Shown here: in pieces, positions 50,806 through 62,064 of the stretch
Position numbering within the stretch: the first letter of the stretch is position 1
Layout of the letters: each line of letters starts with the position of its first letter
Origin: Squalus acanthias
Taxonomy: Eukaryota
Assembly: GCA_030390025.1 (NCBI GenBank)
Contig: CM059432.1
Span: forward strand, 4,836,001-4,900,000
Direction of reading: 5' to 3'
DNA: 64,000 nucleotides
Program-made: the position numbers and the translations under genes
The notes under the pieces: generated by a model
Database searches by the model: none
Told to the model about the DNA's origin: nothing
Seen by the model: the letters and a program-made list of their open reading frames with translations, nothing else

Positions 50806-51254
50806 AAAGAAAATAAACTGACTATAAATTACAGCATCCCATCAGGAAAAATTGTTAGCTGTAGCATCTTATTGCATTATACTGCATAATTTTCATTCGA
50901 TTATTTAAGGGACCTCTCGATGATTCAGCTAGCTAAGGCAGTGTTAAGCTAAACTATAGACCAAAAAAGTCAACATCTAATTCACGATGCTATGAAATTC
51001 CACCCACTCTGCTGGGATTTGCAATCTCAGTTGCATTGATATCCAAGAGTGGGGAGGGGGTGGGGAGGGAGGGGGGGGGGGGGGGGGGAGGGGGGGGAGG
51101 GGGGGGGGGGGAGAGAGAAAGAGATGCTCTCACTAGCTTTTGTAGCAACTAATTGATGGGGTGCAACAAGACAGGCAATTTTCTTGTAAAAGATTTGTTT
51201 ACATTAGTATTTTCTGTAAAATCCACCGTTTTAGTTCACAATTTGCTACCTCAC

Positions 51255-51379
51255 CTTCCAGCGGGGTTTGCAGTCCTTTGGCTTCCAGCGGCCTCCATAC
51301 TCGATTTCTAAATCTTGTGAAAATAAGCGCTGGATTTCTTCCATGCCGATTTCACTCATGTTAACATCAATAAACCCCT
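51255..51379 (-). CDS. B4GALT6: B4GALT6 exon 4 (GFIDVNMSEIGMEEIQRLFSQDLEIEYGGRWKPKDCKPRWK)
   Basis: Acceptor tttcag, donor gtgagg, 125 nt. GGxWxPxDCKPRWK motif. Confidence 0.95.
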
Positions 51380-51727
51380 CTGAAAAGAGAAAAAAAAATT
51401 AAAACAGCGAAGATGAGGAGCATTTTTGTTTTTACACAGCGGAGGGCTGCATGTCCAAGAGCAGAAACATTTGTGGCTGAATTTTTCTACATCAGGTATT
51501 TGAGATAAGACAAATGGATTCTTAAAGTTTCACTCTAAACACGCAATTTATCCAAAAACTATGCTGCCAGCTCCCTATCTCATACTAAGTTCCATTCCCC
51601 TGTCCCCCGGTGTATTGATTTAAATATCCTCATTCTCATCTGCAAGTCCCGCCTCTGCAATTTTCGGCCATCCTACCTACCTCCCTGCTTGCACCCTCTG
51701 CTCGTCCGACTCGGGTCAGAATTTAAT

Positions 51728-52900
51728 AATCTCATCCTCATTTTCAAATCCCTCCATGGCCTCGCCCCTCCCTATCTCTGTAACCTCCTCCAGCCCCACA
51801 ACCCTCCCCCGAGATCTCTGCGCTCCTCTAATTCTGGCCTCTTGTGCTTCGCCTATTTAAACCACTCCACCATTGGCGGCCGTGCCTTCAGCTGCCTGGA
51901 CCCTAAGCTCTGGAATTCCCTCCCTAAACCTCTCCGCCTCTCTATCTCCTCCTTTAAGGTGTTGCTTAAAACCTACCTCTTTGACCAAGCTTTTGGTCAC
52001 CTGTCCTAATATGTGGCTCGGTGTCAAATTTTGTTTGATAATCGCTCCTGTGAAGCGCCTTGGGACTTTTTACTACGTTAAAGGCGCTATATAAATGCAA
52101 GTTGTTGTCGTTTAAAGTGTTGGGAGAGTCTCTGAATTGTAACAGTATATTCCATTACCCTCAACCTGTTTATGTAATACATTGAGTGTATAGTTATTTC
52201 TACAATGCAAAAAAAAACACAATTAGTGTACACTAACTAATATGGAGGCATCTGTGGTACCCCCAAAAGTCCAACTGGCAGCTCACGCATTCACTAAAAA
52301 AGAACTTGTCGGAGAGTAGAATCACTTGTGTGTAAAGGAAACGGTTGGATAACTGGAACAAAAACTATTGTAAGCATTCTCCCTTTTACAACAACTTGTA
52401 TGTATAGAGTGCCTATAACGTAGTAAAACGTCCCAAGGCGCTTCACCGGAGCTTAATCAAACAAATTTGACACTGAGCCACATAAGGAGAAATTAGGGCA
52501 GATGACCAAAAGCTTTGTCAAAGAGATAGGCTTTAAAGAGCATCTTAAAGGTGGAAAGAGCGGTAGAGAGGCAGAGAGGTTTAGGGAGGGAATTCCAGAG
52601 CTCAGGGCCTTGGCAGCTGAAGGTACGGCCGCCAATGGTGGAGCGATTAAAATCAGGGATGCTCAAGAGGCCAGAATTAGAGGAGCGCAGATATCTTGGT
52701 GGGGGGGGTTGTGGAGCTGGAGGAGATTACAGAGATAGGGAGGGGCGAGGCCATGGAGGGATTTGAAAACAAGGATGAGAATTTAAAAAAAATCAAGGTG
52801 TTGCTTAACCGGGAGCCAATGTAGGTCAGAAAGCACAGGGGTAATGGGTGAACGGGACTTGGTGCGAGTCAGGACCCGGGCAGCCGTGTTTTGGATGACA
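51728..52900. mobile_element. L2-like LINE 3' fragments, tail to tail (51728-52112 +, 52388-52900 -). Other copies: 849-1646, 3433-3690, 4627-5915, 16928-17495, 20316-20860, 33374-33905, 46770-47140, 49360-49720, 59255-59780
   Basis: SRLDYSNALL, LHWLPV and GGRAFS..GP.LWNSLP peptides; AAATGCAAGTTGTTG tail. Confidence 0.8.
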
Positions 52901-52965
52901 AGTTTACAGACACAGATGGAATGGCAAGTGCTTTCACTTACTACAAGTTTATTTATATGACTCAC

Positions 52966-53079
52966 TCATAGAAGGTAGTTTTTCTGGACAAGGCAGGCCA
53001 GGAGAATATGTGAAATCTTCTGGAAGGTACGTCCCACTCTGACCAAGGTATTCACTGGAATTATACCCTTCAAGATAAT
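52966..53079 (-). CDS. B4GALT6: Beta-1,4-galactosyltransferase 6, exon 3 (YLEGYNSSEYLGQSGTYLPEDFTYSPGLPCPEKLPSM)
   Basis: Acceptor ctccag, donor gtgagt, 114 nt, phase 1/1. Matches the B4GALT6 stem region (YLPENFTYSPYLPCPEKLP). Confidence 0.92.
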   Translation of the reverse strand: MILKGIIPVNTLVRVGRTFQKISHILLACLVQKNYLL

Positions 53080-55651
53080 CTGGAGGGGAAAAAGAAAATG
53101 TGGCATGGTCAATAAATGCAACACAGCCTTAGCACAACTGATCAAAGCACATCACATCTCTGCTGTATTTTATTATCTATTCTATGTGCTAAGGATAGTT
53201 GACAAATTTTATTTTGTTTTAAAAATGGTGTATAAAAACAATAGACACTTGATGACCAGCACACTAAACATTCTATTCCCTTATCAGAAGTGCTTCTGTC
53301 CCATATTTAACTAGCTTTTGAGCCAGTGCTCTTTGCTTAGGATTATACATTTTAATATCTTTACAGCCCAAAAATGACAATTCTCCTTTGCATGAATATT
53401 TCTGTATATTAGGTAGCATATCAGGGCATAGCCAAGGGAAACTAGCAATGACAGATGTTTCATCAATTTAATCCTGATGGCTGCTGAGAGCGTCAAAAGA
53501 TGAAGAACTTTATATTGGAAGAGCACAGCTATTGTGATCCCTTTTGAAGTAGTGATCCACACTGGGCTATCTTGTCTAACCTCCTCGTCACCTTGGCTCA
53601 CTGGTGGCATTCTCACTTGAATCAGAAAGTTGTGGGGTCAAGCCCCATTCCTGAACTTGAGCACATAATCTAGGCCGATACCTCAGTCCAATACGGAGGG
53701 TGTGCTGCATTGCTGGGGTGGGGGGGGGGGGGGGGGGGGGGGGTGCTACTGTCTTTGAGATGTTAAACTGAAGCCCCCTTCTGGCTGCTCAGGTGGATGT
53801 AAAAGATCGCATGACACTATTCAACAAAGAACAGGGAGCTCTCCTGGCCAACATCTCGATCAACCAACACCACCAAAACAGTTTAACCGTATTTCTTTGG
53901 CTGTGAAGTACTCTGGGACATCCTGTGGACATGCAAGGCATTACATAAATGCGTGCTCTTCCTTTACTTCCCTTTCTTAAATAATAGACCAAATGAGCCT
54001 CCTTCCAATGCATTGGAACTAGTTGAAAAGCTCAGACCTCAGTGAATTATTAAATATATGAGGCAGTGGCTGCCATGCGGCATTCCTCATTTCCTTAAGC
54101 ACTCTAGTAGGGTAAAGGGAATCAGGTCCAGATGCACAGCCAGATTTAAATGCCTTAATCCTAGCCAATACTATTTCCACAGTTACTTCTGCTGAAGCAA
54201 CTCTAGCACATCTACCAAGGGACTGTATCACCTTTAGAAGTAGAAAAGCAATGCCAAGTAGGAGACATGGATAGAAATATGTAGTTTAATTATGGTAGCA
54301 CCCTCGCCCGAGTCAGAAGGTTGTGGGTTCAAGTCCCACTCCAGAGACTTGAGCACAGAAAGCTAGGCTGACACTCCAGTGCAGTACTGAGGGAGTGCTG
54401 CACCGTCGGAGGTGTAGTCTTTCGGATGAGACGTTAAACTGAGGCCTCGTTTGCTCCCTCAGGTGGATGTAAAAGATCCCATATTTCAAAGAAGAACAGG
54501 GGAGTTCTCCCCAATGTCCTGGCCAATATTTATCCCTCAATCAACTTCACAAAAACAGATTGTGTGTTATGCAGAATTATGCAGTTTAAAGAACAGAAGT
54601 TGTACAGTAGAATTTCATGCATTTGCCTTCTATAAAAAAACACTAGCATTTTTATTGCGCCTTTCACAGCCAACGAAGTACTTTTTGAAGAGGAGTCACT
54701 GTTGTAATGTAGGAAACGCAGCAGCCAATTTGCAAACAGCAAGCTCCCACAAACAGCAATGTGATAATGACCAGATAATCTGTTTTAGTGATGTTGATTG
54801 AGGGATAACTATTGCCCAGGACACTGGGGATAACTCCCTTGCTCTTCTTCGAAATAGCATCATGGGATCTTTTATGTCCATCCGAGAGAGCAGATGGGGT
54901 CTTGGTTTAACGTCTCATTCGAAAGACGGCACCTCCGACAGTGCAGCACTCCCTCAGTACTGCATTGGGAGTGTCAACCTAGATTTTTGTTCTCAAGTCT
55001 CTGGAGTGGGACTTGAACCCACAATCTTCTGACTCAGAGGCGAGGGTACTACCCACTGAGCCACAGTTGATGCTAAAGTGGGCCTCCCGAAGCAGCTAAC
55101 ACCTGCTGCTTATCATGCTTGAGATTCGGAGATAAACTACACATGCTACCGTTAGACACTAGCCCATTGATACTTAATTGAAGCTGGTCTGGCAATCTTG
55201 GGAAAGGAGAGATAAGAGATCATCTTCACTCACGTCAATCAATAGAAGTAATGTAGAATACCCAGTGTCACTACTCTGCAGTGTAAAGATGTAAAGCTAC
55301 ACACGTGAATAAGACGGCATCAAGTCTGTGTAACTTGGCATATATGGACATTTTGATAAGGAACTTGTAGCTCAGAAAAGGTGCAAAATGTCGGACTGGA
55401 ATGAGGATTTGGATTCAAAGGGTTCGATCAACCTGGACTGAGCTCAGAATTGTAACACATTTGAGTTCCCATCCATCAGGGTGTAGTTGGAAGTGTTACA
55501 TTTTGAGTGTATGCCTAAGCACTATTGCATGTACTATTTACTTAATAGATCTATGAACGCTTGACTTCAACATTTTAAGAACCTTACTGTTTTGAGGAAC
55601 AGATATAGCATATAATATCATAAACAAAAATATTTCCTCTAATAGTATCTA

Positions 55652-58542
55652 TGATGCAGAGATGCAAGAAAGCAGACAAGATTCCGAAAGGACTATAGAT
55701 CACGAACCCACTCAAGTCGACATACAACACAGACTACGCTGAGAGACTTTGCCGTCGTACCTCTCGCACACTCCTCAACCATCTCGTACACCAGCTCTAC
55801 AGCAGACGTCGCAACCTCGAAACCAAGATAGAGTCCATGCTCTCAGCCTGTGCTCAGGACACAGCAGACCAGCTACGAGACACCGCCAAACAGACGAGGC
55901 AACGGAACTACGCTGCCTACATGCGCATCAAGAACAGGAAGCTTGAGAAACTCGGCGTAACCACCAGCTACAACCAAGCCTCCCCCGGTACCACGGTTGC
56001 AACCACAGGGAAGTCCATCGTCAACCTGTCGGACCACACCCTTCAACCAGACGAAATCGAAGTTCTCGCCCTAGGGCTCAAGTTCTGCCCCACCACCAAA
56101 ATGGACCCCATCGGTCTCGCGGCGGACACAGAGGAATTCATCAGGAGAATGAGGATCCGGGAATACTACCACAAATCCCAAGATGTCAGCAACATTCCTA
56201 ATGGGACAATCAATGATCCGGAACAGCAGACAGAGGGAACCGCAGTGCTACAACCGAGGAAGAAAGAGTCAAATTGGACCCCTCCGGAGGGTCGCAACCC
56301 TAAGCTTGACATGTATGCTCAAGCTGTCAGGAAATGCATCAACGCCAGATTCATCAGCCGTACTCACAAGACAGTCCAGAATGTCACCCGAGCACAACGC
56401 AACGCCATCCACGCACTCAAGACCAACCGCAACATCGTCATCAAACCAGCGGACAAAGGAGGAGCCATCGTCATACAGAACAGAACGGACTATTGCAAAG
56501 AAGCATACCGACAACTGGACAACCAGGAACACTACAGACAGCTACCCGCAGATCCGACCAAAGAACACACCCGCCAACTCAATAGACTGATCAAGACCTT
56601 CGATCCAGACCTTCAAAACATCCTACGCACTCTCATCCCACGTACTCCCCGCGTGGGAGACTTCTACTGCCTCCCAAAGATACACAAAGCCAACACACCC
56701 GGACGTCCTATCGTATCAGGCAACGGAACCCTGTGTGAGAACCTCTCTGGGTACGTCGAGGGCATCCTGAAACCCATCGTACAGGGAACCCCCAGCTTCT
56801 GTCGCGACACTACAGACTTCTTGCAGAAACTCAGCACCCATGGACCAGTTGAACCAGGAACACTCCTCGTCACAATGGACGTATCGGCACTCTACACCAA
56901 TATCCCCCACAATGACGGCATCGCTGCGACAGCCTCAGTACTCAACACCAACAACAGCCAATCTCCGGACGCCATCCTACAACTCATCCGCTTCATCCTT
57001 GACCACAATGTCTTCACCTTCGACAACCATTTTTTCACCCAAACACACGGAACAGCCATGGGGACCAAATTCGCACCCCAATACGCCAACATCTTCATGC
57101 ACAAGTTCGAGCAAGACTTCTTCGCTGCACAGGACCTCCAACCAACGCTGTACACCAGATACATCGACGACATCTTCTTCCTTTGGACCCACGGCGAAGG
57201 ATCACTGAAAGGACTACACGATAGCATCAACAGGTTCCATCCCACCATCAAACTCACCATGGACTACTCCTCAGAATCGGTTTCATTCTTGGACACACGA
57301 ATCTCCATCAAAGACGGACGCCTCAGCACTTCACTCTACCGCAAGCCCACGGACAACCTCACGATGCTCCACTTCTCCAGCTTCCACCCTAACCACGTTA
57401 AAGAAGCCATCCCCTATGGACAAGCCCTGCGAATACACAGGATCTGCTCAGACGAGGAGGAACGCGATGGACACCTACGGACACTGAAAGACGCCCTCGT
57501 AAGAACGGGATATGACGCTCGACTCATCGATCGACAGTTCTGACGGGCCACAGCGAAAAACCGCATAGACCTCCTCAGAAGACGAACACGGGACACAACC
57601 AACAGAGTACCCTACGTCGTCCAGTACTTCCCCGGAGCGGAAAAACTACGCCATGTTCTTCGCAGCCTTCAACATGTCATCGATGACGACGAACACCTTG
57701 CTAAGGCCATCCCCACGCCTCCACTACTCGCCTTCAAGCAGCCGCCTAACCTCAAAAGTACCATCGTTCGCAGCAGATTACCCATCTTTCAGGAGAACAG
57801 CAACCAAGACACCACACAACCCTGCCACGGCAACCTCTGCAAGACATGCCAAATCATGGACACAGATACCATCATTACACGTGAGGACACTACCCACCAG
57901 GTACACGGTACATACTCATGTGACTCGGCCAATGTTGTCTACCTGATACGTTGCAGTAAAGGATGCTCCAGAGCATGGTACATCGGCGAGACCATGCAGA
58001 CACTGAGACAACGTATGAACGGACACCGCGCAACAATCGCCAGGCAGGAGGGTTGCCTCCCAGTCGGGGAACACTTCAGCAGCCAGGGGCATTCAGCCTC
58101 GGATCTGCGGGTAAGCGTTCTCCAAGGCGGCCTTCGAGATACACGACAGCGCAAAATCATAGAGCAGAAACTGATAGCCAAGTTCTGCACTCATGAGGAT
58201 GGCCTCAATCGCGATATCGGGTTCATGTCACGATACAGAACGTGACTTGACATCATGGCCGGTCTTCCCAGGTGTTTTTTTTTTAAACACAAGAACACAA
58301 ATTGACAGGATATGCAGCCAGCAGGTGGTTTGACACGTTGGACCCCCTGGGACACATCTCATTGTCTTGGCTGTGCTCTTTGTTGTAAGGAATAATGTGA
58401 ATAGATTTTGTCTGGGTTTAAATTGTGAATTCTGGGAGATTCTCTCATTGCTAACTTACCTGACGAAGGAGCGAACTGCTTCGAAAGCTTGTAAAATTAA
58501 ATAAATCTGTTGGACTATAACCTGGTGTTGTGCGACTTCTCA
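55652..58542 (+). mobile_element. Penelope-like element family A, RT + GIY-YIG, 5'-truncated
   Basis: One reading frame from 55651 to 58245 with RT motifs (KPADKGG, DVSALYTNIP, GTAMG, RYIDD) and a GIY-YIG domain (NVVYLIRC...WYIGET). It is interrupted only by TAG at 55696 and TGA at 57541. A 12-bp TSD TAATAGTATCTA lies at 55640-55651 and 58543-58554. Confidence 0.95.
58456..58494 (+). ncRNA. Minimal type I hammerhead ribozyme in the 3' terminus of PLE family A
   Basis: TTAC-CTGACGA-A-GGAGC-gaact-GCTTC-GAAA-GC-TT-GTAA: stem I, CUGANGA core, stem II, GAAA, palindromic stem III (AGCU). Confidence 0.8.
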
Positions 58543-60427
58543 TAATAGTATCTAGGCAGCTCATCTGCTATATCTTTATCCTACCTTGATAAATCTCTTT
58601 AATTGTTTACTAACTTGGAACTTAACTAACAAAAAAATGCTTTGCCATCTCTGCTATAATTGTCAATGACCCTATTTGCAATGACTTTAGCATTCATTCC
58701 CATCTTGGGCATAAACACATCGCTACGCTGTGTGGTGATTGTTCCCTTTATACCCAGTGAAATACTTTTGTTACTTTCTCGAAGAACCTCCTGACTTTGC
58801 CATTTAGGTTCCATGTCACCATGACCCTTCTTTTAATCTTGGGGACATACTAAAACATCTTCATCCATCAGCAGAGACTTAAATAAACTCCATTGTTCTT
58901 CAGTATTGCAGTTATTGTTGCCTCGCAGCAGATCACGATGAACCTTCTGTGAATCTTCTTTCCCAGGTGAAGTCATACTCTCATAAGCATGACATCGAGG
59001 TACAGAAATGGCAAAGAGCTGTATATAGCCGATGCTTAAGAAACTGTCTGGTAGACACAGCTCCACAATTCATCAATTGCTGAAAGGATCTGTTCAATAA
59101 GCATGGTATTCCCAATGAAATAGTAACTCTTCACAGCCCACAATATGCATATGAAAAGTTTAACCAGTTCAGCAGAGTATGGATTCAAGATACCCACAGT
59201 CTAACAGAAAGGCAGAAAATATTGTGATGGCGGGGAAATATTTGCTGAAGAAAAACTTGTATTTATATAGCATCTTTAACGTAGTAAAACGTCCTGAGGC
59301 ACTTCACAGGAGTGTTATAAAACAAAAATTTGACACCGAGCCACACAAGATGATGTTAGGGCAGATGAAGAGGTAGGTTTTAATGAGCGTCTTAAAAGGA
59401 GAAAAGCGAGGTAGAGGGGCGGAAAGGTTTAGGGAGGGAATTCCAGAGCTTAGGGCCTTGGCAGCTGAAGGCACGGCCACCAATGGTTGAGCGATTAAAA
59501 TCAGGGATGCGCAGGAGACCAGAATTGGAGGAGCGCAGAGATCTCGGAGAGTTATAGGGCTGAGGGGCAATTACAGAGACAGGGAGGGGGCGAGGCCATG
59601 GAGGGATTTGAAAACAAGGATAAGAATTTTATAATGGAGGCATTGCTTAACTGGGAGCCAATGTAGGTCAGCGAGCACAGGGGTGATGGGTGAACGGGAC
59701 TTGGTGCGAGTTAGGACACGGGCAGCCGAGTTTTGGATGACCTCAAGTTTGCGGAAGGTAGAATGTGGGAGGCCGGCCAGAAGAAAACTAAAGCCAATGG
59801 TCAAAATTTATATTTCGCCTTGCCTGACTATCAGAAGTTGCTTCATGGATCAGGAACATCTGTTAAGCTACTTATAGATTCTTCAAGATTCCTACTTTGC
59901 AGGCAAATAAAAGGAATAAAACAAGTAAAAAATGTAAAACAAGAAGCTATGACAGACGATTGAACGAGTTGTTCTTACCAATACAACATGAATGATTAAT
60001 ATAACATGAAAGCACAATGTTTCATACAAGTCTGCTGAAAACCCTATGGATGTAGAATAATGTTTTTTCAATAATGAAGAAGTGGACCATCCTCTATGGG
60101 GATCCAAGTAGGTTTTTTTTTTGAGGGGTTGGTTTGGTTCTAAGATGATGCGAGTGATGGTGGAAGATTCGAACCAAGTCACGTTTCTGTGGTAATCCAA
60201 TGCCAGAGCGAGGCAGGACCGCACTACTTCAGGGCAATGTTGCTGATTAACCGGCCAGCCTGGCTCATTCATGGCACTGGGAGAGGTAGATCAGCCTCTG
60301 GGGGCTGAAGTTCTTCCCACTTAGCTCCAAATAACCCTGGACTATTTCCACCAGATCAGAAAAGGCTGAGAGATCAAAAAAATGTAATTATGAAGGCTTC
60401 TGACAGGGTAAAAGAGAGAAAGACCAG

Positions 60428-61320
60428 GTTGGCCTTTATTGCAAAGGGGTTGGAGTACAAGAGCAAGGAAGTCTTGCTACAATTGTACAGGGCTTTGGTG
60501 AGACCACACCTGGAGTACTATGCACAGTTTTGGTCTCCTTATCGGAGGAAGAATATACATAGGATATACGGCACAGAAACAGGCCATTCGGCTCAACCAG
60601 TCCATGCCGGCGTTTATGCTCCACACGAGCCTCCTCCCGTCTTTCCTCATCTAAATCTATCAGCGTAACCCTCTATTCCCTTCTCCCTCATATGCTTATC
60701 TAACCGCCCCTTAAATGCATCTATACTATTCGCCTCAACCACTCCCTGTGGTAGCGAGTTCCACATTCTCACCACTCTTTGGGTAAAGAAGTTTCTTCTG
60801 AATTCCCTATTGGATTTCTTGCCTTAGAGGTGGTGCAACGAATGTTCACTAGATTGATTCCTGGGATGAGGTTGTCCTATGAGGAGAGATTGAGTAGATT
60901 GGGCCTGTACACTCTGGAGTTTAGAAGAATGCGAGGTGATCTCATTGAAACATAAGATTCTGAAGGGGATTGACAGGGTAGATGCTGAGAGGCTGTTTCC
61001 CCTGGCTGGAGTGTCTAGAACTAGGGGGCATAGTCTCAGGATAAGGGGTCAGACATTTAAGGATGAGAAGGAATTTCTTCACTCAGAGGGTTCTGAATCC
61101 TTGGCATTCTCTACCCCAGAGGGCTGTGGATGCTCAGTCGTTGAGTATATTCAAGGCTGAGATTAACAGATTTCTGGACTCCAGGGGAATGAAGAGATAT
61201 GGAGATCAGGTGGGAAAGTAAAGTTGAGGTCGGAGATCGGCCATGATCTTATTGAATGGCGGAGCAGGCGCGAGGGGCTGTATGGCCGACTCCTGCTCCT
61301 AATTCTTGTGTTCCTATGTT
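60428..61320 (+). mobile_element. CR1 3' fragment with an oppositely oriented CR1 tail nested at ~60556-60820
   Basis: CR1 peptides on either side of an inverted tail. Confidence 0.8.
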
Positions 61321-61702
61321 GTGGTCCTAAAGCCTAGTCACTTGCCACTGAGCTCCTAAGCTCTCTGGACTTAGGAAAATGAGGTGTAGCGCAAAGAAGA
61401 GTGAGTGTGCATTCCACACCACGCAAAGAGGAACTGTACTGGAGTGCGGATTTCTCAATAGCTTGGTTTGGAGACCTCTTAAGCACGGTGATGGGTTCCC
61501 ACGCAGGTCAGACATCAGGCTGACTGAAACAAAGTGTAATGCGTTGTACACCCACTAGATGGAGTGCTGGCCAATTGAATGTTCAGAAGCAACAACAGAA
61601 AATAAAAAAAACAGAAAACCTTCCCTTTGATATTTCCTCCCTGCTCGCCTTTCCCTGCCTCTGCACTTGCTTAAAAACCCGTTACATCTCCTAACTTTTT
61701 CC

Positions 61703-61739
61703 AGTTCTGATGAAAGGTCATCGGCCTGAAACGTTAACT
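61703..61739 (+). ncRNA. Minimal hammerhead ribozyme (PLE-B) within terminal fragment ~61615-62008
   Basis: AGTT-CTGATGA-A-AGGTC-atc-GGCCT-GAAA-CG-TT-AACT. Confidence 0.78.
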
Positions 61740-61785
61740 CTGTTTCTCTCTCTCTCTCTCCACAGATGCTGCCCGACCTGCTGAG

Positions 61786-61934
61786 CAATGTTCCCGCTAG
61801 GCTGCACGGTCATCTGCAGGGTCCCGCGCAGCCCGCAAAAATTTTGAATGGGCCACGCACTGGGGGGGGGGGGGGGGGGGGGGGGGGGGTGAGGCAAGCC
61901 GCGCAGGAGGCCATGCGGCTTACAGGGGACATTG
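61786..61934. mobile_element. hAT-type MITE, same family, inserted in a PLE-B tail
   Basis: TIRs CAATGTTCCC and GGGGACATTG; perfect 8-bp TSD CTGCTGAG. Confidence 0.82.
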
Positions 61935-62064
61935 CTGCTGAGTATTTCCAGCATTTTCGGCTTTTATATCAGATTCCCAGCACCCGCACTGCACTATTTT
62001 GCTTTTGGCCACTCAGCATCCATGACAAAAAAAAGGCAATTTAACGTTTCAAGTGTAAGCCATT

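Noticed and set aside
51051..51112. Long G-runs (also ~21955, ~22475, ~53712, ~61862) as G-quadruplex elements
   Set aside because: Homopolymer tracts, mostly inside repeats and prone to sequencing error; no evidence of function.
40106..53079. B4GALT5 as an alternative identity
   Set aside because: Stem and C-terminal peptides (PCPEKLP, GYNVTRPEGDLGKYKSIP, YKLLRYSKERQ) and adjacency to TTR favour B4GALT6.
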